A stretch of DNA of 63,985 bases, the filler included, from Octopus bimaculoides (taxonomy: Eukaryota), in assembly GCF_001194135.2 (NCBI RefSeq). It is 6 parts of 6 records of this genome, joined end to end, with 100 filler letters (N's around TTAATTAATTAA, not from the genome) between each part and the next. Parts side by side here need not be neighbours in the genome. Positions count along the whole stretch, not along the records: positions 1 to 28,749 come from NC_068981.1; positions 28,850 to 40,329 come from NC_068987.1; 4 more parts are not named here. One strand, written 5' to 3'. The stretch's first letter is position 1. Each line of letters opens with the position of its first letter. Shown here one piece after another: positions 26,356 through 36,321 of the stretch. The notes beneath the pieces are model-generated. The model worked only from the letters and a program-made list of their open reading frames with translations, was not told where the DNA came from and did no database searches. Position numbers and translations under genes: made by a program.

Positions 26356-26682
26356 CTATTTCATTAAGACGTTTATCAATAGAGATCTTCGACCTCGTCT
26401 CACTAAATCTCTCCTTCTCTTAGACCGTAGTTTTCGAGGATTTATCCTAGTATTTTGGCAGAGGGCTCCAACATATGGATACGGGCAGATGCACTTGCAC
26501 ATCCCCAAGAAAGTGTCCGGCCAATACATTGTACCACCGTTCTTACATTCACCCACTTCGCAGATCTCGTAAAAACGTATAGAAATTGCCAATTCCACAA
26601 ATGTTAAGAAAAGAAAACATTTAACCAGCGAGTTAAATAAATTTGCTTTGCGTTTACTACAACCACTTACTGCTACCACCAT
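26356..26682 (-). CDS. Probable secreted/prepro EGF-like peptide (108 aa, single exon)
   Basis: Strong Kozak context (AGCATGG). Hydrophobic segment CFLFLTFVELAIS ends in A-x-S. EGF-like CEVGECKNGGTMYWPDTFLGMCKCICPYPYVGALC has the NGG, CxC and YxGxxC hallmarks. Basic tail contains RSKR and RGRR. TATA and CCAAT motifs lie upstream. Confidence 0.78.
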   Translation of the reverse strand: MVVAVSGCSKRKANLFNSLVKCFLFLTFVELAISIRFYEICEVGECKNGGTMYWPDTFLGMCKCICPYPYVGALCQNTRINPRKLRSKRRRDLVRRGRRSLLINVLMK

Positions 26683-26742
26683 GCTGCTTGTGTTATTGAA
26701 TTCAAGTTGTGCTTCTCGAGATACGTTACAGGCAGATTCTGC

Positions 26743-26925
26743 GACTGACTGCGTTTATGCTGGCTAAGAAACTACTCGCTTTTATAATACAGTTGCATGA
26801 GCCAATCGTGTATAAGATATCAAAATTTGCATACCAGTAAACTGGAAGTGGGGGTTTCCCGGTCGGAGGTTTCCCGGTCGGAAGTTTCCTTAGCGGAATA
26901 TTAACTAGGACAAGAGGAAGTATAA
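26743..26925 (-). promoter_or_regulatory. Candidate promoter of the EGF-like gene: TATA, CCAAT, Inr-like and kB/ETS cluster
   Basis: TATAAAAG on minus (26786-26779), AGCCAATCG (26800-26808), TCAGTC (26748-26743), GGGGTTTCCC (26851-26860, fits GGGRNNYYCC), a 15-bp repeat GGTTTCCCGGTCGGA x2.5, and GGAAGT cores at ~26844, ~26880 and ~26916. Confidence 0.55.
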
Positions 26926-27127
26926 AAATAAAAACAAGGAAAGTAACGACATTCACATTCGCACGTCTTAATTTATTCTACATTTTTATTACACTCACGG
27001 CGATTTCACTTTAGGGGCACTAATTAATATCTTAATGCTTTCCACGTCGCTACTGCATTGTTTGGAATTCAAAACAAACCAATATAGAGAACTTCAATAA
27101 TTCTTATATATATATATATGTGTGTGT

Positions 27128-27164
<37 letters not shown>

Positions 27165-27217
27165 CACACACACACATACATATATGTGTGTGTGTTTGTA
27201 TGCGTGTCTATGTGTAT

Positions 27218-27249
<32 letters not shown>

Positions 27250-27258
27250 TAACGTGAA

Positions 27259-27575
27259 GGCGCGTGGCTCAGTGGCTAGAGCGTCGATCGTGAGATTGTG
27301 AGTTTAATGAGTTCAATTCCCGGACCAGGCTGCGCGTTGCGTTCTTGAGCAAGACACTTTATTTCACGTGGCTCCAGTTCACTCAGCTACAGAAATGAGT
27401 TGCGACGTCATTGGTGCCAAGCTGCCTTTCCCTTGGATAACGTCGGTGGCGTGGAGAGGGGAGACTGGTATACATGGGCGACTGCTGGTCTTCCATAAAA
27501 ACAACCCTAGGTTGTGCGTTCGCCGGTGAGGTGACTTTCCGCCCAGACTTGTACCCCGTAACCGACGGAGTGAAT
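27259..27575 (+). mobile_element. tRNA-derived SINE, family C (CORE-like central region)
   Basis: GGCGCGTGGCTCAGTGG.TAGAGCG (A box), GAGTTCAATTCCC (B box), TTCTTGAGCAAGACACTTTATTTCAC..CAGTTCACTCAGCT..AGAAATG. Homologous to the 39935-40240 copy. Confidence 0.9.
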
Positions 27576-27644
27576 CATATATATACATATATATATTCTC
27601 GATCAGTGTTTTTCGAATGATACAAGTCCGCTAGTGTATGTCTA

Positions 27645-27760
27645 CATTTATGTGCGTTAACTACAGCATTAGAGCATTTTAGCTTTTATTTCTAGCAATA
27701 TAGGTGTTTCTTAATATTTAGTGACAATCATTACTCTCCTTTTTCATGAAACATTGCAAC
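27645..27760 (+). repeat. Third, dispersed copy of the unclassified 18.6-19.2 kb repeat (opposite orientation)
   Basis: TTTATGTGC..CTACAGCATTAGAGCA.TTTAGCT...ATTTCTAGCAAT.TAGGTGT..AGTGACAATCAT matches the reverse complement of 18920-19030. Confidence 0.75.
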
Positions 27761-27854
27761 CTGCTCTTTATATTAATTATATATATATATATGATCGATA
27801 GACGAGGTACAAGGCTTCAAAAAAAAAAAGACAAAAACGGGAAAGATAAAAAGA

Positions 27855-28085
27855 AGAAATAAGTACTGGGGTCGATTAATTCAACTAAGAGTTCTTCATG
27901 ACGGTGCCACAGCATGGTTACTGTGTAATGACTGAAACAAGTAAAAGATAAAAGATAAATGTACACTTAAGACTTTGGTCGGCCTGGGACTTTAGTGGGA
28001 AACGCTTGCTTCGTGAGCCGTACAATAGGGATAAACCCATTACCACATGGTTGGGGAGTAACATTCTTCCTATACAGACATGCAT
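27855..28085. mobile_element. SINE family B tail (+, 27855-27955) abutting a family B head (-, 27965-28085)
   Basis: AATAAGTACTGGGGTCGAT..CAGCATGG..ATGACTGAAACAAGTAAAAG, followed by the reverse complement of CCCCAACCATGTGG..GGCCGACCAAAGTCTT. Confidence 0.75.
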
Positions 28086-28354
28086 GCACCACTGCATCCC
28101 TTCAATTTTCACTGTCGTTTGTAAGTTGGGCCTATTAATATAAATATCTATATATTAATACTTAAAAGTTCATCATCTGAAAGATTCCACCTTTTGCTTT
28201 TTCTCGTTTTGCATGTATACATATTTTGTATTTCATACCCAAACTATTAATGTGTTTAATTTGTTTATCCGCATAAATGCCTCTACATACATACATACAT
28301 ACATACATACATACATACATACGCATATCGGCACGTTATATATATATATAAAAT

Positions 28355-28437
28355 TACATCGACCCTAATGCTCAACTGGTACTTATATTATCGATCCCGA
28401 AAGATGAAAGACAAAGTCGATCTCGGCGGAATTTGAA
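28355..28437 (-). mobile_element. SINE family A fragment
   Basis: TCGACCC..GCTCAACTGGTACTTAT.TTATCGATCCCGAAAGATGAAAG.CAAAGTCGA.CTCGGCGGAATTTGAA. Confidence 0.85.
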
Positions 28438-28646
28438 GAAAGGAAGATATACATATGTGTGTGTGTGTGTGTGTGTGTCTGTGTGACAGTGGATTTTATC
28501 GATGAGTTCATGAATCTTGGTTCCCTAAAACTATATATTTATATTTAATACTGTGAAACTTAATTTAATTTTAATTTTTAATAAATTGATTTTAATTGAG
28601 TTTTTACCTGTAATTTTGGATTTTTATCCCTAATATTATTATTATT

Positions 28647-28696
<50 letters not shown>

Positions 28697-28849
28697 TACG
28701 TAAGCGAGCAAGACAAATAAAAAGATACAAAATATAAAGAATTCTTTATNNNNNNNNNNNNNNNNNNNNNNNNNNNNNNNNNNNNNNNNNNNNTTAATTA
28801 ATTAANNNNNNNNNNNNNNNNNNNNNNNNNNNNNNNNNNNNNNNNNNNN

Positions 28850-28900
<51 letters not shown>

Positions 28901-29040
28901 TCTTTATCGTTTTATATTTTCAATGTTGTAACAAAAAAACTTTGTTTTCGCTAATTAATTTGATAGCTTTTCTGAAACAAAATATTTTGAATCTATAAAA
29001 CGTAGATAAATCATTTCAGAATATTTTTGTGAATTCCGAA

Positions 29041-29250
29041 GACACGAGCTGGCAGAATTGCTACCATGCTGGAAAAAAAAAAGCGGCATTTTTTCTGACT
29101 TTACATTCTGTGTTCAAATGCCAACGGATTCGACCTGGCACTTCATCCTTTCGGGGTCGATGGAATAAGTACGAATTGAACCCTGGAGTTGATGTAATCG
29201 ACTTATTCTCCACGAAATCGCTGATCTTGTGCTAAAAATTGAAGTCAATA
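29041..29250 (+). mobile_element. SINE family A
   Basis: GAGCTGGCAGAATTG..TTCTGTGTTCAAAT..TTCATCCTTTCGGGGTCGAT..AATAAGTAC..GATGTAATCGACTT. Confidence 0.85.
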
Positions 29251-30049
29251 TTTTTGTGAATTCTAAAGTTTAGAAGGAATTTAGTGCATTACAGTAAAAA
29301 CAATTTTTCCTTATTTAGATTTATTGTTGCCTTGGCGTAGCTAAATTAATAAATAACACTAATTATGTTAGGTGTAGCTATAATATGAATTGTAATTACT
29401 GCAATAGAAATAATTACTCCTTGCAAAGAGATTGCCTAATTAAGGATATATTTTACACATGTACTGTTAGCACCTTCACAATTAGTAAATGTTATATAGG
29501 TATATAGATTTAAGGCCTGATATCGCACACACAATCATTCATTTAAAAACCCTGCGAGAAGGAATATGATACCACTTTCGGCATATATCGGAACCTGAAA
29601 GATCTAAACATTTATAATGTCCATTGGAAGATTTTAGCAAAGCCAAATCTTATGATGGTAATATAAGGTCTTGTAAATTATGTAGGACTGAAAAAAAAAA
29701 AAAAAAAGGGATAGATATTTTGGGGCGAAGGTTTCATTCATGTGTAAGAATATCAGCATGTAAGCATAAGATGTATAAAATTTAAACAGCATGTGAACAT
29801 AAGACTTAAAATTTACAGAGCGTGAGCGTACTCAAATGGATAATATTAATATATTACTTAGATTCTCCTCATAGGAACTATAAATATATGGGATAAAGAA
29901 GCCTGGACTTGAGCCAGTTTTACGTTTAGAATCTTATATATTGATGTTCGTATAAAATACATGAGAGTAATATCTCTATAATTGTATATTTAGGTTCACG
30001 TATGAAAGTTTTCATACACATTTATTCTCTCTTTTTTTTTTCTTCTCTC

Positions 30050-30185
30050 TTTTACTTGTTTCAGTCATGAGACTGCAGCCATGCTGAAGCACCGCCTTTA
30101 GTCGAGCAAATCGACCCCAGGACTTATTCTTTGGAAGCCTAGTACTTATTCTATCGCCTTCTTTTGCCGAACCGCTAAGTTGCGT
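30050..30185 (-). mobile_element. SINE family B 3' tail
   Basis: TTTTACTTGTTTCAGTCA..CTGCAGCCATGCTG.AGCACCGCCTTTAGTCGAGCAAATCGACCCCAGGACTTATTCTT..CCGAACCGCTAAGT. Confidence 0.9.
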
Positions 30186-30344
30186 GGATGAATGAGCTTA
30201 CGTAAAAATTGTGTATACATGCTTGTGCAAAACTATATGAATCAACGTAAGTATAGAGTATTCTTTTATTCTTTTATATGTTTCAACCTTGAGGCTGCGG
30301 CCATGCTGGAGCACCGCCAGTGTAATCACCTTTTAATTGGCCAA

Positions 30345-30885
30345 TTCTATGGGTTTGACTTTTGGTGTAGGAGGGAGTTTGATACCGCTGTCCTCTTTTG
30401 AGTTTCCTGCCTTGATATTGGTTCATCTGGGATCTTGGATAGCAAGAGGCCAAGTTGTTTCTTGAAAACATCTATCGCACTCCATGGAGATCCCTCAGAT
30501 GTTTTGGCAAGAAGTTAAATAGCAGTGGACTCTTGAATCCCAAGCTATTTCAGTACATGGTCCTCGCCTTAGATGACACACCTGGGACTTATGGAACGGT
30601 GCAGTGACGTCCATTTCGAAGTCTGGTATAACTCTAAATTCCAAAGTTTGGTGCTAGCCCCTCCAGTATCTTCCACACATATCACTGCATACCTCTCCCG
30701 TCTTTGCTCCAGAGAGTAGAGTCGTAGCTCTTTCAATCTCTTCCAGTAGCTCAGATGTTCCGTTGATGCGATCTTCCTTGTGTAGTATCGCTGAACCGCC
30801 TCAATTTCTGCTATTAATCCTACAGTGTAGGGTAACCACAGTTGAGAGCAGTAGCCCAGACGGCTGAGAACAAATTTTGGCACAA
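30345..30885 (-). mobile_element. 3' end of a CR1/L2-like LINE ORF2, degenerate
   Basis: FVLSRLGYCSQLWLPY..IAEIEAVQRYYTRKI..LSYWKRLKELRLYSLEQRRERY, then NSLGFKSPLLFNFLPKHLRDL and KIPDEP..SNSLLHQ. Confidence 0.9.
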
Positions 30886-31092
30886 AGCCAGCATTTTAAT
30901 TTCTTTTGGTGGGGGCAGGTAAGTCGATTACAACGATCCAAGTGCTCAACTTGTGCTAATTTTATCGACCCCAAAAGGATAAAAGGTAAAGTCGTCCTTA
31001 GCGGAATTTGAACTCAGAGCGTAAAGACGGAGGAAATGGCATTAAGCATTTTGCCCATCGTGCTAACAATTCCGCCAGCTCGCTGCCTTAAA
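30885..31092 (-). mobile_element. SINE family A
   Basis: Reverse complement of GGCAGCGAGCTGGCGGAATTGTTAGCACGATGGGCAAAATGCTTAATG..GAGTTCAAATTCCGC.. Confidence 0.9.
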
Positions 31093-31579
31093 TTGTGATT
31101 AAATAGTAAAAAACCACTGATGGGGTATTTTTCTGGAAAGTTATAGTGGTGCCTGGGGGAAAATAAGTCGAGAAATACTAATCTACATAGTGTCCTGCTT
31201 GAATTTCTGGTTTCCATGATTTTTGATGAACAAATTTCCCTCCTGCGCCAATCCCTCTCTCTGATATGACGCAACCACGGGCTTGTTTAAACAATTTTGT
31301 TTTGATATTTTAGTAAGAATCCATAGCAGTTCAGAACAATGACGTTCTAAATTCCATCATCAGCGTTTTCAGACCTTCACAGCCTCATCTCTAATAGGAT
31401 GACTATTATCAGAAATTGTAACTGCTTCTTGATGGAAGATGAATATGATTTATGTGATGTGATGTAATTATTGCCAGATTTTGTTTAAATTTTAGAGAAA
31501 CATTTGACGAAACTTCAACAAAAAAAAAAAAGTGGGGGGTGTTAAAGTAGGACATATCACGTTTTCTTTGCAATATATT

Positions 31580-31790
31580 TTAAAGAATCGTTAGCGTGCC
31601 ACGCAGAATGCTTAGCGGCATTTCGTCTGTCGTTACGTTCTGAGCTCAAATTCCACCGAGGTCGGCTTTGCCTTTCATCCTTTCGGGATCGATAAAATAA
31701 GTACCAGCTGAGCACTGGGGTCGAGGCAATCGACTTACACCCTACCCCAAAATTGTTGGCCTTGTGCCAAAATTTGAAAACAATAATATT
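31580..31790 (+). mobile_element. SINE family A
   Basis: GAATCGTTAGCGTGCC..ATGCTTAGCGGCATTTCG..TCAAATTCCACCGAGGTCGGCTTTGCCTTTCATCCTTTCGGGATCGATAAAATAAGTACCAG..GGCCTTGTGCCAAAATTTGAAA. Confidence 0.92.
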
Positions 31791-31981
31791 TAAAAAGCTT
31801 CTTCCTCCCAACCGATACTGTTATTATCTGTTTTTATGTTTGGTTATAATAAAAACAATTTCACATTAACCTGGGGTGGGGTTGCTGTATACATTTGTAG
31901 AGTATAAGTTTATTCTTAAACAAGAATGTTGTTAACAGTGACTTCGAAGTTTTGGCCAATAACATTTTTCTTTAAGAATAA

Positions 31982-32046
<65 letters not shown>

Positions 32047-32371
32047 TGTGTGTGTGTGAGTGTGTATGTACATGTGTGTGCATGCATTTATATATGGATG
32101 TATGTAATAGAATTTCTGCCGCATTTCGCGTCTTTCAATTCTATATCTAGTTAGACAGAAGCACATTTTTTACCACTTGATATATCTTAAATGTTTATAA
32201 ACCAAAGTTCGGGGAAAATATCTTAACATGTATTCGTTTTTATGGCGCCAACTACTTAACACATCATTAGAATATAAATGTTTGCAGCTTTTAGTCTAGC
32301 AGACAAAAGAATTTTACTGATATATACATGCATACATGCATACATACATACATGCATACATATACATATAC

Positions 32372-32418
<47 letters not shown>

Positions 32419-32655
32419 NNNNNNNNNNNNNNNNNNNNNNNNNNNNNNNNNNNNNNNNNNNNNNNNNNNNNNNNNNNNNNNNNNNNNNNNNNNNNNNNNN
32501 NNNNNNNNNNNNNNNNNNNNNNNNNNNNNNNNNNNNNNNNNNNNNNNNNNNNNNNNNNNNNNNNNNNNNNNNNNNNNNNNNNNNNNNNNNNNNNNNNNNN
32601 NNNNNNNNNNNNNNNNNNNNNNNNNNNNNNNNNNNNNNNNNNNNNNNNNNNNNNN

Positions 32656-32714
<59 letters not shown>

Positions 32715-33002
32715 CGTTAAATCACTGAGCTTCGGTGGAACAAATCATCAGCTTTGAATGAATAAACTCTCCTTATACACACACACACACACGTATATAA
32801 ACACACACATACATGCATACAAATACAAAACATATCTGATATATTTCAGTTTTTTAACAGTACACATGTATAAAATAGGCATTCCCGAGACGAACATTGC
32901 AGTTTACAAGTCTTTCAATGATGTATCTGTCTTATCTGCTTTAAGTATGATACACAGAGCACTCTCACTTTCTCGTTCTCTTTATCCATCCATCCATCCA
33001 TC

Positions 33003-33076
<74 letters not shown>

Positions 33077-33929
33077 ACGATGTTATATTCGCATATATTT
33101 CTCCTTACAAAGAGCAAAATAATCTTATGTNNNNNNNNNNNNNNNNNNNNNNNNNNNNNNNNNNNNNNNNNNNNNNNNNNNNNNNNNNNNNNNNNNNNNN
33201 NNNNNNNNNNNNNNNNNNNNNNNNNNNNNNNNNNNNNNNNNNNNNNNNNNNNNNNNNNNNNNNNNNNNNNNNNNNNNNNNNNNNNNNNNNNNNNNNNNNN
33301 NNNNNNNNNNNNNNNNNNNNNNNNNNNNNNNNNNNNNNNNNNNNNNNNNNNNNNNNNNNNNNNNNNNNNNNNNNNNNNNNNNNNNNNNNNNNNNNNNNNN
33401 NNNNNNNNNNNNNNNNNNNNNNNNNNNNNNNNNNNNNNNNNNNNNNNNNNNNNNNNNNNNNNNNNNNNNNNNNNNNNNNNNNNNNNNNNNNNNNNNNNNN
33501 NNNNNNNNNNNNNNNNNNNNNNNNNNNNNNNNNNNNNNNNNNNNNNNNNNNNNNNNNNNNNNNNNNNNNNNNNNNNNNNNNNNNNNNNNNNNNNNNNNNN
33601 NNNNNNNNNNNNNNNNNNNNNNNNNNNNNNNNNNNNNNNNNNNNNNNNNNNNNNNNNNNNNNNNNNNNNNNNNNNNNNNNNNNNNNNNNNNNNNNNNNNN
33701 NNNNNNNNNNNNNNNNNNNNNNNNNNNNNNNNNNNNNNNNNNNNNNNNNNNNNNNNNNNNNNNNNNNNNNNNNNNNNNNNNNNNNNNNNNNNNNNNNNNN
33801 NNNNNNNNNNNNNNNNNNNNNNNNNNNNNNNNNNNNNNNNNNNNNNNNNNNNNNNNNNNNNNNNNNNTCAAAGAAAGAAGTAGATTTATAACGAAATAAT
33901 TGCACTATGTGAGCCAAGGAAATACCCAG

Positions 33930-34114
33930 GTGCAAGCCTTGGTTGTGTGGTTAACAAACCCGCTTTGCGACCACGTGGTTTCAGTCTCACTCCCTCCGCG
34001 CAGTACCTAGATCAATCGTCTTCTACTATAGCCCCAGGCGGATCAATACCTTGTGAGTGAATTTGGTGGACAGAAACTGAGTGGAAGTTCGTTGTGTATA
34101 CATGTGCATATGTA

Positions 34115-34172
<58 letters not shown>

Positions 34173-34360
34173 CACATGTTTGTCACCCTCCCCCATCGCT
34201 TGACAGCTAGCGTCGGTTTGCCTACGTCCCTGTAACTTAGCGGCTCAGTAAAAGAAACTGATAGACTAAATATCAGACCTTAACCAAAAGTACTGAGATC
34301 GATTCGTTCGACTAAACCCTTGAAGGCAACGTCCCACCATGGCCACAATCCAATTATGCT
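33930..34360 (+). mobile_element. SINE family B with internal (GT)/(GA) tract
   Basis: GTTGTGTGGTTAA..CCACGTGGTTTCAGTCTCA..TCTTCTACTATAGCCCCAGG..CCTTGTGAGTGAATTTGGT.GACAGAAACTGA..GTAACTTAGCGG. Confidence 0.85.
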
Positions 34361-34699
34361 TTATGCAATCCTTGTTTGAAACACACCAAGCCATATATAG
34401 ATTGATGCGACGGGACATTTTAAGAGTAGCTATGGCGAAAATGTTTTCCATTAGGAAAATGCCTCAGCATCATCTAGTTCAGTATGACAACAAAAAGAGT
34501 GACATGTTAATTTAAATATCTCATGGTCCATCTTAGCCCACAAAAAAAATGTATAAAAATTAACTTCTGTAATCTCTGTAATGAAGAGAAAACCCACATT
34601 TCATTTGAATTAATAGGCATCTCAAACAAAAGAACCGAGTTAATCTGTAAATGCTACCATGAGGATAAATCATATTTGTATAGCTGCACCTGAACGCGC

Positions 34700-34885
34700 A
34701 AAACGGATTAAGGCGAAAAAGTAAACTGTCGCTCCACCGTAAATATAAATCAAATCTCCCTCAAATCACATCTTAATGTCTTAAATAAAAAAAACGACAT
34801 TGGATACTGCAGACCGAGATCAAAGCTAAAAAGACCGGATGTACATGACTGTGCTGGGATGGAGTTGGCCTTCGGCTAAACAATA
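34700..34885 (+). mobile_element. Degenerate short interspersed repeat (AAATCTCCCTCAAATCAC..GGCTAAACAA); related pieces at ~55460-55520 and ~58100-58135
   Basis: The motif CTGCTAGA.AT.GCAGCCAAATCT.CCC recurs in the window. Family not identified. Confidence 0.45.
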
Positions 34886-35141
34886 GTTACATCATCATCA
34901 ACAACAATTGGTTGTAGCATGCTGATGATTGTCTCATTGAACAGTCTTCTATTGCAAGCACTCTAAGATGTCTGTGAAGAAAGCACCACCACCAGCAGCA
35001 GTAGCAGCAGCGGCAGCAGCAATAGCAACAGCAGCAGTAATAGCAACAGCAGCAGCAACCAGAGTTTTTAAAAATTATCAAATGGATAGTGGTGCAATGC
35101 ATTTTGAACAAAAGCGAGCTGCATGGCCGAAAAAACAAACA

Positions 35142-35374
35142 GAAGCTCCACCCACCACATTTCAGATGACGGCAAAGGATATAGCTGAAGCGTTGTCACT
35201 TATAAAGATGAAGGTCTGCAAGTTTTGGGTAATAAAAATCTTCATCGTGAGCGTTATATGACAATTTCAAGAGAATTTCATGAAGAGCTCAATGACTACA
35301 CTGAACTGCATGACAAGATGGTGCTCTGCAAACGCCAAACAATTTTGGCTAAGTTTTTCGTCCTTGAGCAGTGA
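35142..35374 (+). mobile_element. Tigger/pogo-type transposase C-terminus, frameshifted
   Basis: EAPPTTFQMTAKDIAEALSL, then after a frameshift DEGLQVLGNKNLHRERYMTISREFHEELNDYTELHDKMVLCKRQTILAKFF. This resembles the Tigger tail TxKELAEAFxLIxExLQxxExxDPNxER..YxExYxEKK..QTxLxxFF. Confidence 0.7.
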
Positions 35375-35629
35375 CCAATAAAGATGATTAACAGAAGATA
35401 GTGCCCCGTGTTTCTCCCAGTCACGCACATTTAACTCCTTCCCATCACTCAACAAATAAAAATCGTTTATGGTTAATACATGAACAAAGCTCGTCCGCAG
35501 TTGTTGGCTATCTGATGTCATCATACAGCGGAAATGCTCCTGCTACTGGATATACATCCGGAATTCTATAGTAAAAGATTAGCATTCACTAGACAAGACT
35601 TCCCTTTCTACTCTCACCTTCCTCTTCAG

Positions 35630-35635
35630 ATATAA

Positions 35636-35689
<54 letters not shown>

Positions 35690-35845
35690 TGGTAGGTAGG
35701 TAGGTAGGTAGGTAGGTAGGTAGGTAGGTAGGTAGGTAGGTAGGTAGATAAATAGGTAGATAAATAGATAGATGGATGGATGGATAGATGGATGGATAGA
35801 AAAGATAGATCGATAGATAAACAGATAGATTGATGGAAGGATAGG

Positions 35846-35882
<37 letters not shown>

Positions 35883-35993
35883 TGGTAGGTAGGTAGGTAG
35901 GTAGGTAGGTAGGTAGGTAGGTAGGTAGATAAATAGGTAGATAGATAGATGGATAGAAAAGATAGATCGATAGATAAACAGATAGATAGATAA

Positions 35994-36054
<61 letters not shown>

Positions 36055-36057
36055 TAT
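35630..36057 (+). repeat. Compound (GATA)/(GGTA)/(GATG) tetranucleotide array with ~190-bp higher-order duplication
   Basis: The block ATTG(GTAG)n..ATAAATAGGTAGAT..GGATAGAAAAGATAGATCGATAGATAAACAGATAG occurs twice. Confidence 0.9.
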
Positions 36058-36090
36058 ATCAGATTTCTTCCTTATTGACTGCTCGCTAAA

Positions 36091-36321
36091 TACTGGGTTG
36101 TCCGGAAAGTTCGTGCCGATTTCTAAAGGAAAGAAAAAGGTCAATAAATACTTGCCATTACATTTTAATCAACCAAATATGAACCATTTTGTTGCACAAT
36201 GCGTCGCCATCTTTCCTTTAACTTGAAAATACCCTCTTCCCAGAATTGAGGTGGTTTCATGGCAAATAAGTCGAAAGGTAAGCTACTATAAATCGGCACG
36301 AACTTTCCGGACAACCAAATA
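36091..36321 (-). mobile_element. Mariner-derived MITE (231 bp) with ~30-bp TIRs and TA ends
   Basis: TACTGGGTTGTCCGGAAAGTTCGTGCCGATTT versus AAATCGGCACGAACTTTCCGGACAACCAAATA (2 mismatches). The interior keeps the transposase tail DLFAMKPPQFWEEGIFKLKERWRRIVQQNGSYLVD*. Confidence 0.95.

Noticed and set aside
26566-26670. Possible 105-nt in-frame intron (GCA|GTAAGT..TACGAG|ATC) that would delete the signal segment of the EGF-like ORF
   Set aside because: The donor is good but the acceptor is a rare GAG, and the segment is open and signal-like. It cannot be supported without spliced reads.
28750-28849. TTAATTAATTAA centred in 100-bp N blocks (also 40330-40429, 53315-53414, 58482-58581, 61171-61270)
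   Set aside because: The identical 44N+12+44N layout with stops in all six frames is a scaffolding linker, not biology. Adjacency across these joins is uncertain.
34968-35140. Poly-Ala ORF (MSVKKAPPPAAVAAAAAA)
   Set aside because: It derives from a (CAG/CAA)n tract abutting the Tigger fragment.
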